Origin: a virus
Lineage: Duplodnaviria > Heunggongvirae > Uroviricota > Caudoviricetes
Length of the DNA stretch: 64,000 nucleotides
Reading direction: 5' to 3' (one strand)
Virus record (IMG/VR): IMGVR_UViG_3300020429_000539
Coordinates: 300,263-364,262 of that record
The notes below the pieces were generated by a model that made no database searches, was not told the origin of the DNA, and saw only the letters and a list, made by a program, of their open reading frames with translations. Positions within the stretch are counted from its first letter, which is position 1, and every line of letters begins with the position of its first letter. Made by a program: the position numbers and the translations under genes. Of this stretch, positions 47,501-56,300 are shown in pieces.

Positions 47501-49242
47501 GCGACAATATCTATATGAGTGATTTCGCCATTCGACCGCAAGACCAGAATCTATCCTTTGATAGGTCTCTGCTATGCGGTGTTCCATATTACTACAAGCT
47601 TGAACAGTATGACACAAACACTTTTGAAGAAATCGAGCAAGGAATGTTCCTTTGTCCCTGTTTCTACACAGAGAGCAGTATTTGGCGAAAGGATACAGAT
47701 TCAAAGAACTGGATATCAAGCGGCCAAGGCTTCGATGATTTCAAGGTATCAGAGACCGATAACGAGTGTCTAAATGCCAGAGTGCTTGCCTCTGAAACTG
47801 GTTTGTTCTACATTTCGTGGGAAGACTATAGATACACAAGACTTGGAAGCGACCAGCCTGCGTTGTCTCCTGATTATTTCTTTGCTGTGTATGATGCAAA
47901 TAATGATGAGTTGCATTCTTCTGCCCAGGGTGGGTTTGACCGTCGATTGACTTATTACAGCGATGAAGAATCAGGTATACTGTATAACGCATCTACGTTC
48001 TTAGACCAGTTCCAGAACTTCAACATTGCGTTCCACAATGGAACTAAGATGTATCATCAGGCATGCAGTATCGGCTGTGCCCTTGAATCATTCAATCCAA
48101 ATCTTATACAGCCATGCATGTTCACTGATGGCACAGGAGATAGCTTCTATCAGGTTGGGGGAGAGCCGGACAGAGATATATCACAGTATCAGAAAATGAG
48201 GATACGTGAACCGTATGTGGCTTACTCGACCTATCTTGATCTAGAGACGCCTATGGCTGTTATCAACGACTGTTTTATTGAGCTAGATATCGTAGGCGTT
48301 CCTGGTACATATGCCTTCAGGCTCAAGAACGAAGATGACGATACTTGGACAGAATGGCTTCCTATAGGCCCATCACTGCCCTCTCAACCAAATGACGATG
48401 CAGATACAGAGGAGGAAAGAGATTTCTTTAGAGCGTTCTTTATAGCAAAAGATCGTTTCATAGCTCCTTGGATAACGTCGCCTGGCGATGGAGTTAAGAG
48501 GGTATATTGTGAGATTTTGACATTTTTTGGTAAAACGGAGCAGTTCTATATCGATTTCCAAGCCTTCTACCGAGGTCTCGATTATCGGATTGATTTCTTC
48601 TTTGACGAGGAATTTCAGCAGCCCATACCGAAGTATAGAAGTTATCCTGTGGCAAGTACGCAGAAAACAGCTACTCTCATTGATGACGAGTATCTAACTT
48701 CTATTTCAGAAGAGATCGAAAGCGTCTCTAATATCTGGGCAAGAATCTCTTTCCCAGATACAGAAAAGCTACAGATTGTAGAGAGATTGGCTGCGCTTGA
48801 CAGGTACTCTGATGATTCATTGACGATGAGCGTCTATCAACAAGGAATAAATGATCAACTCAATATCCCTTTGACTAAGATAAGCGATGGGCTATATAAG
48901 GCATCGTTTAGTATTGCTGAGGATGATTCTGTTGTCAATGTAGATGGTTTGGGAGTTGTAGTCATAAATATACCGGGTCAGTGTAGGCCAACTACGATTG
49001 CATCCTCAAATCCTAACGGAACAGGATTATTTGATTCAATATCTCTAGATCAATCCGTAACTATATTCAACAATCTAACGCTGTTCCGAGATAAATATAT
49101 AGAAGATGATATGCGTCGTTCGTTCGGCGACCCCAACTACTATAAGTCGGCTAAGTTTGGTGGTCCTGGTATAGACCCAACAGCCGCAGGTGGAAACGCT
49201 GATTGGATCGGCGGCGGAGATGGTCGTATCAATCCTGACTAA
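41521..49242 (+). CDS. Giant multidomain tail-tip protein with propeller blades and DUF642-like and laminin-B-like inserts (2573 aa)
   Basis: GTG start after GGAG, overlapping the GT gene. HVVWESDR / HVVWQSNR blades; INGSFE...FGPCID; FVAPAKFLG..FYGG. Confidence 0.7.
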   Translation: MSTVRTLLKLQPFSAPIDKTNSIGYKLTGLPSSKDIRVKFENGTFGHDCKLLTLDQGEVKGNYARPESGTTDISGTLDLNVPQHAENSVVSIYANIEAYIGGEWRLLDIAAFAFQIENPKESVTMDKVRVEPAFVAPDERATIHIQTEANSHLRVYINGKSFVIRSNYEGEGSMSFRGIDILGGSTVGGSDLQRFPVTFSKPQDKHETIYHASVDVHYVPEAMRVLQATNDPGSPECAILDPDPGPGLQLKAAEDFCFNGAAVGDLSIFDADSGYVNSRVGFCGGISEITPDPSSSGGVCRIFNSSDTTLLPNGSGLVAFASAYDPSVDGGDLTKELTLASRIFVAQTSTSLKFRGNPVRNGTILEPSDFYHSVIMNNLVDGDTIGIIFRIEDGTVFEIQQTVSGTVAAFIGAFVDAINADERIDAAEIIAIAASDRVDVFSDSRFSIRVQVLSNGTSDVEVCLDSNKTLELLAPDGGFDDTGDTVLFLEPSLGAQSYSITGRTAPNIIRFEVPEGVNNGYGPTITENFFCEKFVVVDQGTEAPEDIGITTVNPLPYIKDKFQREVPSVFPSITARRDFIDGEIYVYCVCQAIVDSVYQLFYFGFKLGSQVDQDIEWTQLTTDGENKNARIECDKGGNLHVVWESDRNGPTQIYYGVLGPNSRALSNQVLMSAIDKEGSSDSIRSLLSITEPTAIQDDWLRILSGSGAGSVSSLTKLAVQGKPSTDGAMAVFTLDETELGEEFNGFESQLSYQVSFDLSMGILSNQEDEDDQIPFTVRTDKDIDALYSTWLSQFTPKQNFRYEIDKNRFTVDRYDPFFEKIIPICGSYNFGSYASETSSPGATVPNLVNNLTASYSTYDNSIETGHPGNLRHFMLALMPEKVRFKALNTEPLFVYLDRNELTTDSSSQYISQIENTYYTGRFKLALVLATSEDESTGVLSKKSHHVVRQFGDYMTFADLAQHNNIKIAVHYTKQPQEAIDNRTKFDRSAVEQDYRFYGNIIVTVGDAAQLGQSFIADFSDRYRKFDIGLGFPSGGQFRTNEQIPYNGNEYDTLPVVQIFDNIAIGPHTVRLNESIVKMSNFDRNTSAMFVSEEFNDLIINGSFESFTAPLEGTTLLSDGDTTPTGWTITNGATSWVEDAGLPSYYDAYDGVRFLELTGLSDSQLGSIAQDVTTEIGKEYVVEAVASYHPQGITFLGTSSVDRKVKISADAVSQTYRVRQESQDANTMRWQNISLRFTATSSITTITFENATDLQAPFNVFGPCIDRIRMYAVEDLPTETNSQNVDDMLLLEDSEYYINYSLNATDHMSQIPITLSSNYQNRNPDLSVDDLDKVHVVWQSNRDGPWEVYYAGSRDRSIPFRFETRITDKDSNSLMPSIGVDYKGRRCVSWHDNRDRRRFQIYSAMSKEVDPQWIDQCKIDMVEEYIHTRNVNYDPYDPYFGTLADDLGCKVVFDFQTDTSGLFHFTADFYTDEAKTTLEKSIDSRDSVVGWRVNDTQLDIEGALVAAGETVTVTYSPDQSDNLSNKLLYVTAKYVSNAAREGEIVAGGLTGNIEEVDSSVVSSVRQGEYQSDNVRIFSEGTFSSPVSKASQTAEEFENTLLGQGGDPEVVFYGSDPLAGFNAGDKVRSYYIHYDRSTSTEGEETVTIEFDSPIVGIYASGEDRAASDAIFGVANINYAADGNENKFGEDGDSLTLSANKRILTLTIRVNSSEGVDDLRVIVAPVELSGGTTDFVYYCPFEQTPRCSIIKDIYNSDQAAIDNVHFRITFYADENYESPILSSFSLFDQKNWISGASDFPANGITIDVAETASIAYDPNILPFDLFDDQKGDTVPNAIQSFFVSNRDGWRVEDPNGTVNATWVSDGGAGAIRYADTDSVDAAFFVAPAKFLGNLEAFYGGTIEASMRLDPDESPSSPQTPTVKIVGSAGTLVHQSGSPPNRSASYETLRFTIDESVSGWEFQPSTGGGFAAATEANIRAVLRNVTSVLMDADFFLGSDNIYMSDFAIRPQDQNLSFDRSLLCGVPYYYKLEQYDTNTFEEIEQGMFLCPCFYTESSIWRKDTDSKNWISSGQGFDDFKVSETDNECLNARVLASETGLFYISWEDYRYTRLGSDQPALSPDYFFAVYDANNDELHSSAQGGFDRRLTYYSDEESGILYNASTFLDQFQNFNIAFHNGTKMYHQACSIGCALESFNPNLIQPCMFTDGTGDSFYQVGGEPDRDISQYQKMRIREPYVAYSTYLDLETPMAVINDCFIELDIVGVPGTYAFRLKNEDDDTWTEWLPIGPSLPSQPNDDADTEEERDFFRAFFIAKDRFIAPWITSPGDGVKRVYCEILTFFGKTEQFYIDFQAFYRGLDYRIDFFFDEEFQQPIPKYRSYPVASTQKTATLIDDEYLTSISEEIESVSNIWARISFPDTEKLQIVERLAALDRYSDDSLTMSVYQQGINDQLNIPLTKISDGLYKASFSIAEDDSVVNVDGLGVVVINIPGQCRPTTIASSNPNGTGLFDSISLDQSVTIFNNLTLFRDKYIEDDMRRSFGDPNYYKSAKFGGPGIDPTAAGGNADWIGGGDGRINPD

Positions 49243-49252
49243 CGGAGAGTAA

Positions 49253-50716
49253 ATGTCTAAACCTAATCAGCCAACTTTACTATTCCCCAATGGCGGCGAA
49301 GAGATACTCACTCGGCTTGTCGATATTGAGTGGTCCGAGCCTTCTCCTGCTTCTACGGATGGTCTACCCGTTTGGTATGAGGTTTATTTTAGCGAGTTCT
49401 ATGATAGTCTCGACGAGCCTGACTGGAAAAAGATAGCTACGCTACCCGTGGGTAACCGGAAATTTTCATGGAGAGTGGGCAACACTTTGCGTAGTAATCA
49501 GATCAAAGTAGCAGTTCTATCAGTTAATCTTGCAGGTGAAAGAAGCTCTATGTCAATATCGGCAGACACTTTTACCATCAAGAGAGCAATGCCAATTGCG
49601 CCAGCCATATTGAGCCCTATACCAAGCGCAAGATATGGCAGTCGCATAGAGGTTGTGTTTGATGATAACACTGTCCTCAACTCATTCGGTCAGCGTGCCA
49701 AATACTATGTCTTCTTTAGTTCACGCAAAGCAGAGATACCCTTTACTCCCATTGCTCAGAGTGTTCCGGTTGGTGCAGGCCCGTTGGTATGGGATACGTC
49801 CAGACTTCCGCCTTCCGATGATTACATTTTGACTGCATATCTTGCTGATGATGACGGTAATAAGTCACCAGAGGTTAATGTTTCTAACTTGTCAATCATT
49901 AATGAGGGTTACTTTTTGGTTGACACGAAGCCTCCAAGCGGTTATGTCCAAATCAATGATGGTGACGAGTTTACTCGCGCAAGAGATGCCAGTGTAAAGT
50001 TGTTTGCTTTCGATGAGACAACAGGCATACACGCTATGAAGTTTCTTGAAGGCGAAGGCGATGGGAGTTTTGAAGGTCCACCCGAGTCGTATGTTAACAT
50101 TAAATACTACCAGATGACAGAAGAGGATGGTATCAAAACCATAAAGGTTCTCTTTCAGGACTTCGGCGCTAACAGAACATCAGAGATTCAGAAGAACTTT
50201 CGTGTTAACTTTGATATAAGTAACGGTGACATTGCAGATATGATTCTGCAACAAACAAGCCCCACAGAGTCTACTATTTGGATAGGATACAATGGGAATG
50301 AGCCTGCTCTTTATAAGATTGAGGATGGAGCGGGAAGCAGTTTTGTAGCAAGAGTCAATGAGCCCATCACCGCCCTTGGTCTACTTACGGGAGTTGTCTA
50401 TATCGCAGTTGATACATCTGATGATACAGCTTTAGTCTACAGAAGCACGGGTGTTGGTGCTGAGTCCATTATTCAGCTTGATACTGAAGGTAGCGAAGTT
50501 CTTACTATGGACACGTATGATGACATGCTTTACATGGGCTCTCTTAATGGCTCTCTTTATCGGTATGATGAGTCATCGGTCAACCTGGTTACCACTTTCA
50601 GCAAGCCAGTAGAAAGATTATATTCTGATGGCGCGCTTCTCTATATCTTGCTTAGAAATGAGCCGACAATGACTATATATGATGGTTCTAGTTTTACGGA
50701 GGTTAGCTTAGTATAA
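49253..50716 (+). CDS. Tail-tip protein with FN3/Ig domains and a C-terminal propeller (487 aa)
   Basis: Motifs PTLLFPNGGE and VDTKPPSGYVQINDG, followed by propeller blades. Confidence 0.6.
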   Translation: MSKPNQPTLLFPNGGEEILTRLVDIEWSEPSPASTDGLPVWYEVYFSEFYDSLDEPDWKKIATLPVGNRKFSWRVGNTLRSNQIKVAVLSVNLAGERSSMSISADTFTIKRAMPIAPAILSPIPSARYGSRIEVVFDDNTVLNSFGQRAKYYVFFSSRKAEIPFTPIAQSVPVGAGPLVWDTSRLPPSDDYILTAYLADDDGNKSPEVNVSNLSIINEGYFLVDTKPPSGYVQINDGDEFTRARDASVKLFAFDETTGIHAMKFLEGEGDGSFEGPPESYVNIKYYQMTEEDGIKTIKVLFQDFGANRTSEIQKNFRVNFDISNGDIADMILQQTSPTESTIWIGYNGNEPALYKIEDGAGSSFVARVNEPITALGLLTGVVYIAVDTSDDTALVYRSTGVGAESIIQLDTEGSEVLTMDTYDDMLYMGSLNGSLYRYDESSVNLVTTFSKPVERLYSDGALLYILLRNEPTMTIYDGSSFTEVSLV

Positions 50717-52239
50717 TGCCTCTTGACTTCGGTAATAGCCCTCAGTTTGGACAGTTGTTCAATGCGAACTTCTCGGGTGGCGGTGCGGACCCTGGAGGCT
50801 CGTTATCCCTTACAGATGCACAGATCAAGTCTTTGTCGAGCAGTTTGACTCTAAACTTTAACGATAACACTTCGGGCAGAGACATATCCGATGCCGTGCT
50901 GAGGGTTGCATTTTCCACTACCACCAACCCCTATTTACCATATATAGGAGGATTATTCTCTGTTCAACAGGGCGACAATGGGACTAAAATGTTTGTCGGA
51001 GGCTTTGAGACAGATTTTCAGGATACCATTTTCCCGATGCAGCTTCCGCTTATCGGGCAATCTTTGCAAGAGCTAAGCGTAAGCATAGGTCTTGTAGATG
51101 GTGTGCGTGCAGAGGTTCTCAATGGTCGTGAATTGCTAGATGCTAAGAATCTAATAGCAACAACCTTCTATTCAGGCACCGATAGATGGGTTTATTTCTT
51201 TGCAGAAATCGATGTCTTTAATGAAGATGCAGACTCTACGCTGTCTAGAAACATAAAGACCTTCCTGACAAGCGTTGAGCCCAACTTATCCCAAAATATA
51301 CCTACACAGTCTTTGGGCGGCTTCATTAGCCCAACAGAGGTGTATACAACTGATGTTCTTGATGCTGGTGTTTCTTTCTATGATACAGAAGTTGTTGTTA
51401 CTAATGACAACTTGTCAAGTTTTGGATTGATACAGATTCAGGATGAAATATTAACAGTTGATGACTGGAATGACGGAACTGCTGTTATTAGCGAGAGGCA
51501 GTCGTATGGAACTCCTATCCGTTTTCATCCAGCAGGTTCCGTTGTTCGAGGACTGAAAAAGAATGATTTGTTTGACACTAAGTTTAGCAAAACTCGCAAG
51601 CAATACAGATGCATAGCTATAAGAAATGAAACTTCTAACGAATATGCCAAAGACGTGAAGGTATATTTCAATCTTTTGAGTAGAAATCTATTGTCAAATA
51701 CTCGACTTGCTATCGAGATACCAAGAAGCGAGTTTCGGTCGGGAACCGCATCTAGCGGGTCCGCTACTTTCTTCGCAGATTCTTCCCTATCAAATACATT
51801 TTTGGATGACCATTACGTGACTGCTGCCGTGACTTTTACTTCGGGAGCCAATAGCGGTCAGACACGAATAGTCGTGGGCTACAATGGCGAAAGTGGGACG
51901 TTCTTTCTTGATTCTCAGCTTCCAAATAGTGTAAACAGCGGAGACAATTATTATGTTGATACTGCTCCATCGCAAAGAATAGTAACAGGCGAAGTTGCCC
52001 CTGAAGTTGGTATCTTCGACCAGCCTGATCCTGTTCCCCCGTATTTGATTGGCGATTTTCAGGAGGCTCAGTATTTTGTGGAAGGCGTAAGTATTGATGT
52101 TGATGGCCGCAGAGCGAATGGCGGAACTCTTGGTCCTAAGCAAGCTATTTATGTTTGGATTGAGCGCAGTCTAGAGGATATCAATGAAGAATTCACAAAT
52201 AATAGAATGTTTGTGACGGTAGGGTACAGTAGGGTCTAA
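50716..52239 (+). CDS. Tail structural protein (507 aa)
   Basis: Motifs QSLGGFIS...NDLFD...QYRCIAIRN and FTSGANSGQTR are typical of phage tail proteins. 1-nt overlap with the upstream gene. Confidence 0.6.
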   Translation: MPLDFGNSPQFGQLFNANFSGGGADPGGSLSLTDAQIKSLSSSLTLNFNDNTSGRDISDAVLRVAFSTTTNPYLPYIGGLFSVQQGDNGTKMFVGGFETDFQDTIFPMQLPLIGQSLQELSVSIGLVDGVRAEVLNGRELLDAKNLIATTFYSGTDRWVYFFAEIDVFNEDADSTLSRNIKTFLTSVEPNLSQNIPTQSLGGFISPTEVYTTDVLDAGVSFYDTEVVVTNDNLSSFGLIQIQDEILTVDDWNDGTAVISERQSYGTPIRFHPAGSVVRGLKKNDLFDTKFSKTRKQYRCIAIRNETSNEYAKDVKVYFNLLSRNLLSNTRLAIEIPRSEFRSGTASSGSATFFADSSLSNTFLDDHYVTAAVTFTSGANSGQTRIVVGYNGESGTFFLDSQLPNSVNSGDNYYVDTAPSQRIVTGEVAPEVGIFDQPDPVPPYLIGDFQEAQYFVEGVSIDVDGRRANGGTLGPKQAIYVWIERSLEDINEEFTNNRMFVTVGYSRV

Positions 52240-52245
52240 TCTGCT

Positions 52246-53358
52246 ATGAATACAAATGTCAAGATAACTCCTGGTAGCTTTGACTCGTCATTGGTTAACT
52301 CGGTTTCAGAAGAGGCTATTTCAAAGGTTTTGCTCAGTCCTGGCCGCCGGTCGAAAGTCTTTTTTAAGTTTGAGTCTTTCCCTTTGAGAGACGAGCTTGC
52401 CAGTGTCACAATGCAGAATGTGGGGTCTGATAGTCCTCTTATAGTCAACGGAGCCTATGGTAATGCGTTTCAGCTAAGACCGGCTACTACTCTAAGCTTT
52501 CCTTTTGCGTTGCGAGAAAGAAAACAGCTAAGTATAGGATTTTGGTGGACGCCCGTAAATATGAGGCCTGGTATTAATCCTAACACAGGTCTGAATGCCT
52601 ATTTCCGCACTCCTGTTATCAGTAAATCTGGTTTTACCCTAGACCTTGGTTCGGGCTTGGTATCGGCTCAGAACGCCACTTTTGTAATGTATGAAGAGTC
52701 TCGCGAAGATGGCAAGAATGTTATGCATGTTTTGCTTGAGTCCATTACCGGCGACCAAGTAGTCTTGGAGAGCGAAGAGTATGATGCAGGAATCAATCAC
52801 TATTTCTGGTTTGCATTCAATGGTTCCGCTGGTTTGGCTAAGCTATTTATAGATGGTAAAGAGTCTAGTCTAGAAATAATCGAAGGGACATCAATTCCCT
52901 TGACCCTCAATCAGGTCGGTTCGGTCCAGGTTGAAATCAACAACTCAGCAGTTGGGCAAAACGGACTGTTGCGAAATACTTATGCGGTAATTGACGAACT
53001 ATATATGGAAGACAAGTATATCGCTGACCCATTCAAGATAGCTCGTCATATAAACTTTGGCAGCGAATACGAGATAGATGCTCAGTTGCGAAACCGAGAC
53101 AGAGTTTATACCGGATTTGCATTTGACGATCCAACAGCCATTAACATAACTGCTGTCTACAGTAATGGAACAAATATCTATGCAGGAAGGACAGATGGCA
53201 GAGTCTTCAAGGGGGATAGGTTGCTTTGGCGGTCTCGTAAAGATTTTGCAAACAGAGATGAGCTTAGTTATGTTAAGACTAAGTTTCTAAGCACAGAAAG
53301 TTCGGTCAGTATAGACGATGGAGCTTTGAGAATATCTAAATCGAATGTTCGTATTTGA
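52246..53358 (+). CDS. LamG/concanavalin-A-like lectin-fold virion protein (370 aa)
   Basis: Motifs GAYGNAFQL, LSIGFWW, HYFWFAFNG..KLFIDG and IDELYM. Confidence 0.7.
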   Translation: MNTNVKITPGSFDSSLVNSVSEEAISKVLLSPGRRSKVFFKFESFPLRDELASVTMQNVGSDSPLIVNGAYGNAFQLRPATTLSFPFALRERKQLSIGFWWTPVNMRPGINPNTGLNAYFRTPVISKSGFTLDLGSGLVSAQNATFVMYEESREDGKNVMHVLLESITGDQVVLESEEYDAGINHYFWFAFNGSAGLAKLFIDGKESSLEIIEGTSIPLTLNQVGSVQVEINNSAVGQNGLLRNTYAVIDELYMEDKYIADPFKIARHINFGSEYEIDAQLRNRDRVYTGFAFDDPTAINITAVYSNGTNIYAGRTDGRVFKGDRLLWRSRKDFANRDELSYVKTKFLSTESSVSIDDGALRISKSNVRI

Positions 53359-53365
53359 GGCATAG

Positions 53366-56300
53366 ATGAGCGTAACTATCCAAAATCTCAAAATCAATGG
53401 CATCGAATACAATGATTCTGCGCCCAGGGTCAAGCTCTCAAAGCTCACTTTGAACTGGGAGATCGATACCTCATCGATTTCTGTGGTTCAAAACTCGTAT
53501 CAGGTTCGTATCGGAACTCATACTGTTAACTGGGGTAGCGACGCCTACCAGCCTGATATATTCAACATGCCTTTTGTTCGAACACGGTCTAGGTATTTTT
53601 CGTTACCAGAAAAGAATCTAACTCGTGGGGCTCTTTATTTTGGTCAGATTCGCGTCCGTGACACATCGGGCGCAGAAAGCGAATGGCTTCGTTTCCGTTT
53701 TCGCGTTAATACACTTCCCTTTATTCTTGACCCCACAATATCACCTGAAGAGCCAGGTGAGGGGGATGATCTACAGCTAACATACACGCTTCCACAGCAA
53801 GAGGCAAATGTTAATATTCGCTGGTTTAGAAATGGTGTTCACTATCAACAGTTTGATGATTACGATAAAATATCGCGAGAATATATCAGGTATAATGACG
53901 TTTGGTTCGCAGAGATTATCCCATTCAACAGTCTTGAAAAAGGCGGCGCTGTTTTTACGGATTCAGTAACCATATCTAAACTACCGCCCTCTGTTTCTAA
54001 CCTCGAAGTTTTGCCTCGTACTCCAAATGAGAACGACATGCTTGAGGCATCTTACTCCATCATTGACCAAAATACAAATCAGGTTTTGCTTGATGACAGA
54101 AGTCAAATTGTCTGGTATATCAACGATGCCGCTGTAGACTCTGCAAATGACGCGAAGTTTGTTCGATTCAACTTAAGGGAAAACGATGTTGTTCGATTCT
54201 CGGTCACACCGTATGACGGCGTATCTTTTGGAACAACTCAGACTTCCCCATCGGTTACAATACAGAACAGTGGTTTTCGTGTCATCAATGTTCGTATTGA
54301 TGGTGAGAATCATAATCTAAACGTCAACAGTGTAAACCCTACTATTCAGTGGGATGTTCTTGAGCCGCTTGGTTTGGTTAGCCAATATGCTCAGATATCT
54401 ATAGGAACTGCTCCGGGTGCATCAAACGTATATCAAACAATCGTTAAGACGTTTGATGAGCAGTTTTCATTGCCTGATAACGTGGTTCAACGAGGCGTTG
54501 ACTATTTTGTCTCAGTTGCCGCAAGTAACTCGATGGACAACTTCAGTGAGCCGTCGTTTGGTCGTTTCCGTGTTGCAGGCTCTCTTTGGGATACCTCGGT
54601 AAGCAACTCAACAGGTTGGACGATTGAGGTTGCCGCCAGAGTTGAAGGCGAAGGCGGTTATCAACGATTCTCGTTTGCGGACGGTAAGAGATTCGCAGAA
54701 CTCCGCATGTATCCAACTGAACTGCGTCTCTTCCTTGGTGGAGCAAACACAAAGAGCATCCCCATGGATTTGCTCTCCATGAAGAATATCCTTATCGTAG
54801 GACAGGGCGATACCCTTAAGGTATTCAATCAAAACACGATGATCTTCGATGCTACAGATGAGTTCTTGGCTCCTGCATCAGATAGATACATAGAGATTGG
54901 TTCTTCTGCAAATGACGATATTATTGGTCACTTCAAGAGGATTGTTTACACGGTGGATGGGGCTTTTGACCCCATCTTGAGCCCATCTACTTATTCTCAG
55001 ATTGAGTTTGAGCCGTTCATTACGTTCACAGGTGAGGCGGTTACTGATATAACCGAACACGAGGGCGATATTCTTGTATCTGTCAACTCCAGGAATCCAG
55101 ACCAAAGCGGCAGTATTTACCGTATTCTTGAAACAGAAGAGCCTGCTTTGGCTGCCACAGAATCGGTAGACAAGTTTGAAGTAGATATAAACTCGCTTTC
55201 GTCTTCGCCAAATGGCAACATCACGATTGTTGGTCACAACAAGGGTGCCAGTTTATTTGAGAATTCTTTTGTCAATGCATTTGATGTATTTACAGAGTTC
55301 CCAATTGGTCGAGACCCTATTCGTGACCTATGGGAAAATGTTGGCACGACGCCCTTTACAGCAGTTAGCTATGGGGCAGATGGTATCATTATTGATACTA
55401 CATTTTCCAATCAGTCACGCATTGATTCAAGAATACTAATTACAGAACAAGCCAATGTTGCAGCCATTTCATTTAGAGATGTTGTCGGTATAAACATATT
55501 CAATTTCAAGATTGAAGTTACTTCAACACAGCTTAAGCTTTCCGTAGGCGATTCAGCACCGTTCTTTACGACTACTCTCAACAAGACGCTCGATGAACTG
55601 GCTGTTGAACTTCGTGAGCTAGATGACCTTGAGAATAACTTTTTCTCCCAGTTCTATGATATAACTGTTACCAGTGGTTTAGAGACTCAGTTTGCAACCA
55701 ATCTGAATGTTATCTCGGCTACCGAAGTATTCCCCGAAGCATCTCTTTCGGGTTCATACCTAGCAGCAGACCCATACAGCCCGGACCCTTATTCTTCTAC
55801 CGCAGGTGGAAAATGGTTCTATACACATCGAAAACCAGGCACCGCATGGGTTGATAAGGTTGACAACACTAAGGGATGGACAGTTGATTTCGATGTTCGT
55901 ATTGACAGCATCGAAGATAGCGATAGGCCATCTGACGTATCGTCGCCCGAGGGGGCAGGCTTGTATATTAATGATGGTAAATACTACGAGAACATATACT
56001 TTTTGCCACAAGAAATCGTGCTAGGAACTTCAGGCACTTCGTTCTTAATTGATACTACTGAGCTAAACAGATATAGGTTTGTAGGTAAGGGCGATAATCT
56101 GAAAGTTTTTGCCAAGAGAAGTTCAGATCCCGAATATGTAGAACTTGGCGAGGTCGTACTTGATAAAGTTGCTTCTAACGAGGGGGATGCTGGTCGTCCT
56201 TCTGTTTATGCTGATAACACCGGCAAGGCGTATGCTGTTTGGCATGATACAGGCAATGCAGGTAAGAGGCAAATATACTTTTCCGAGTACGAAGTTGGCG

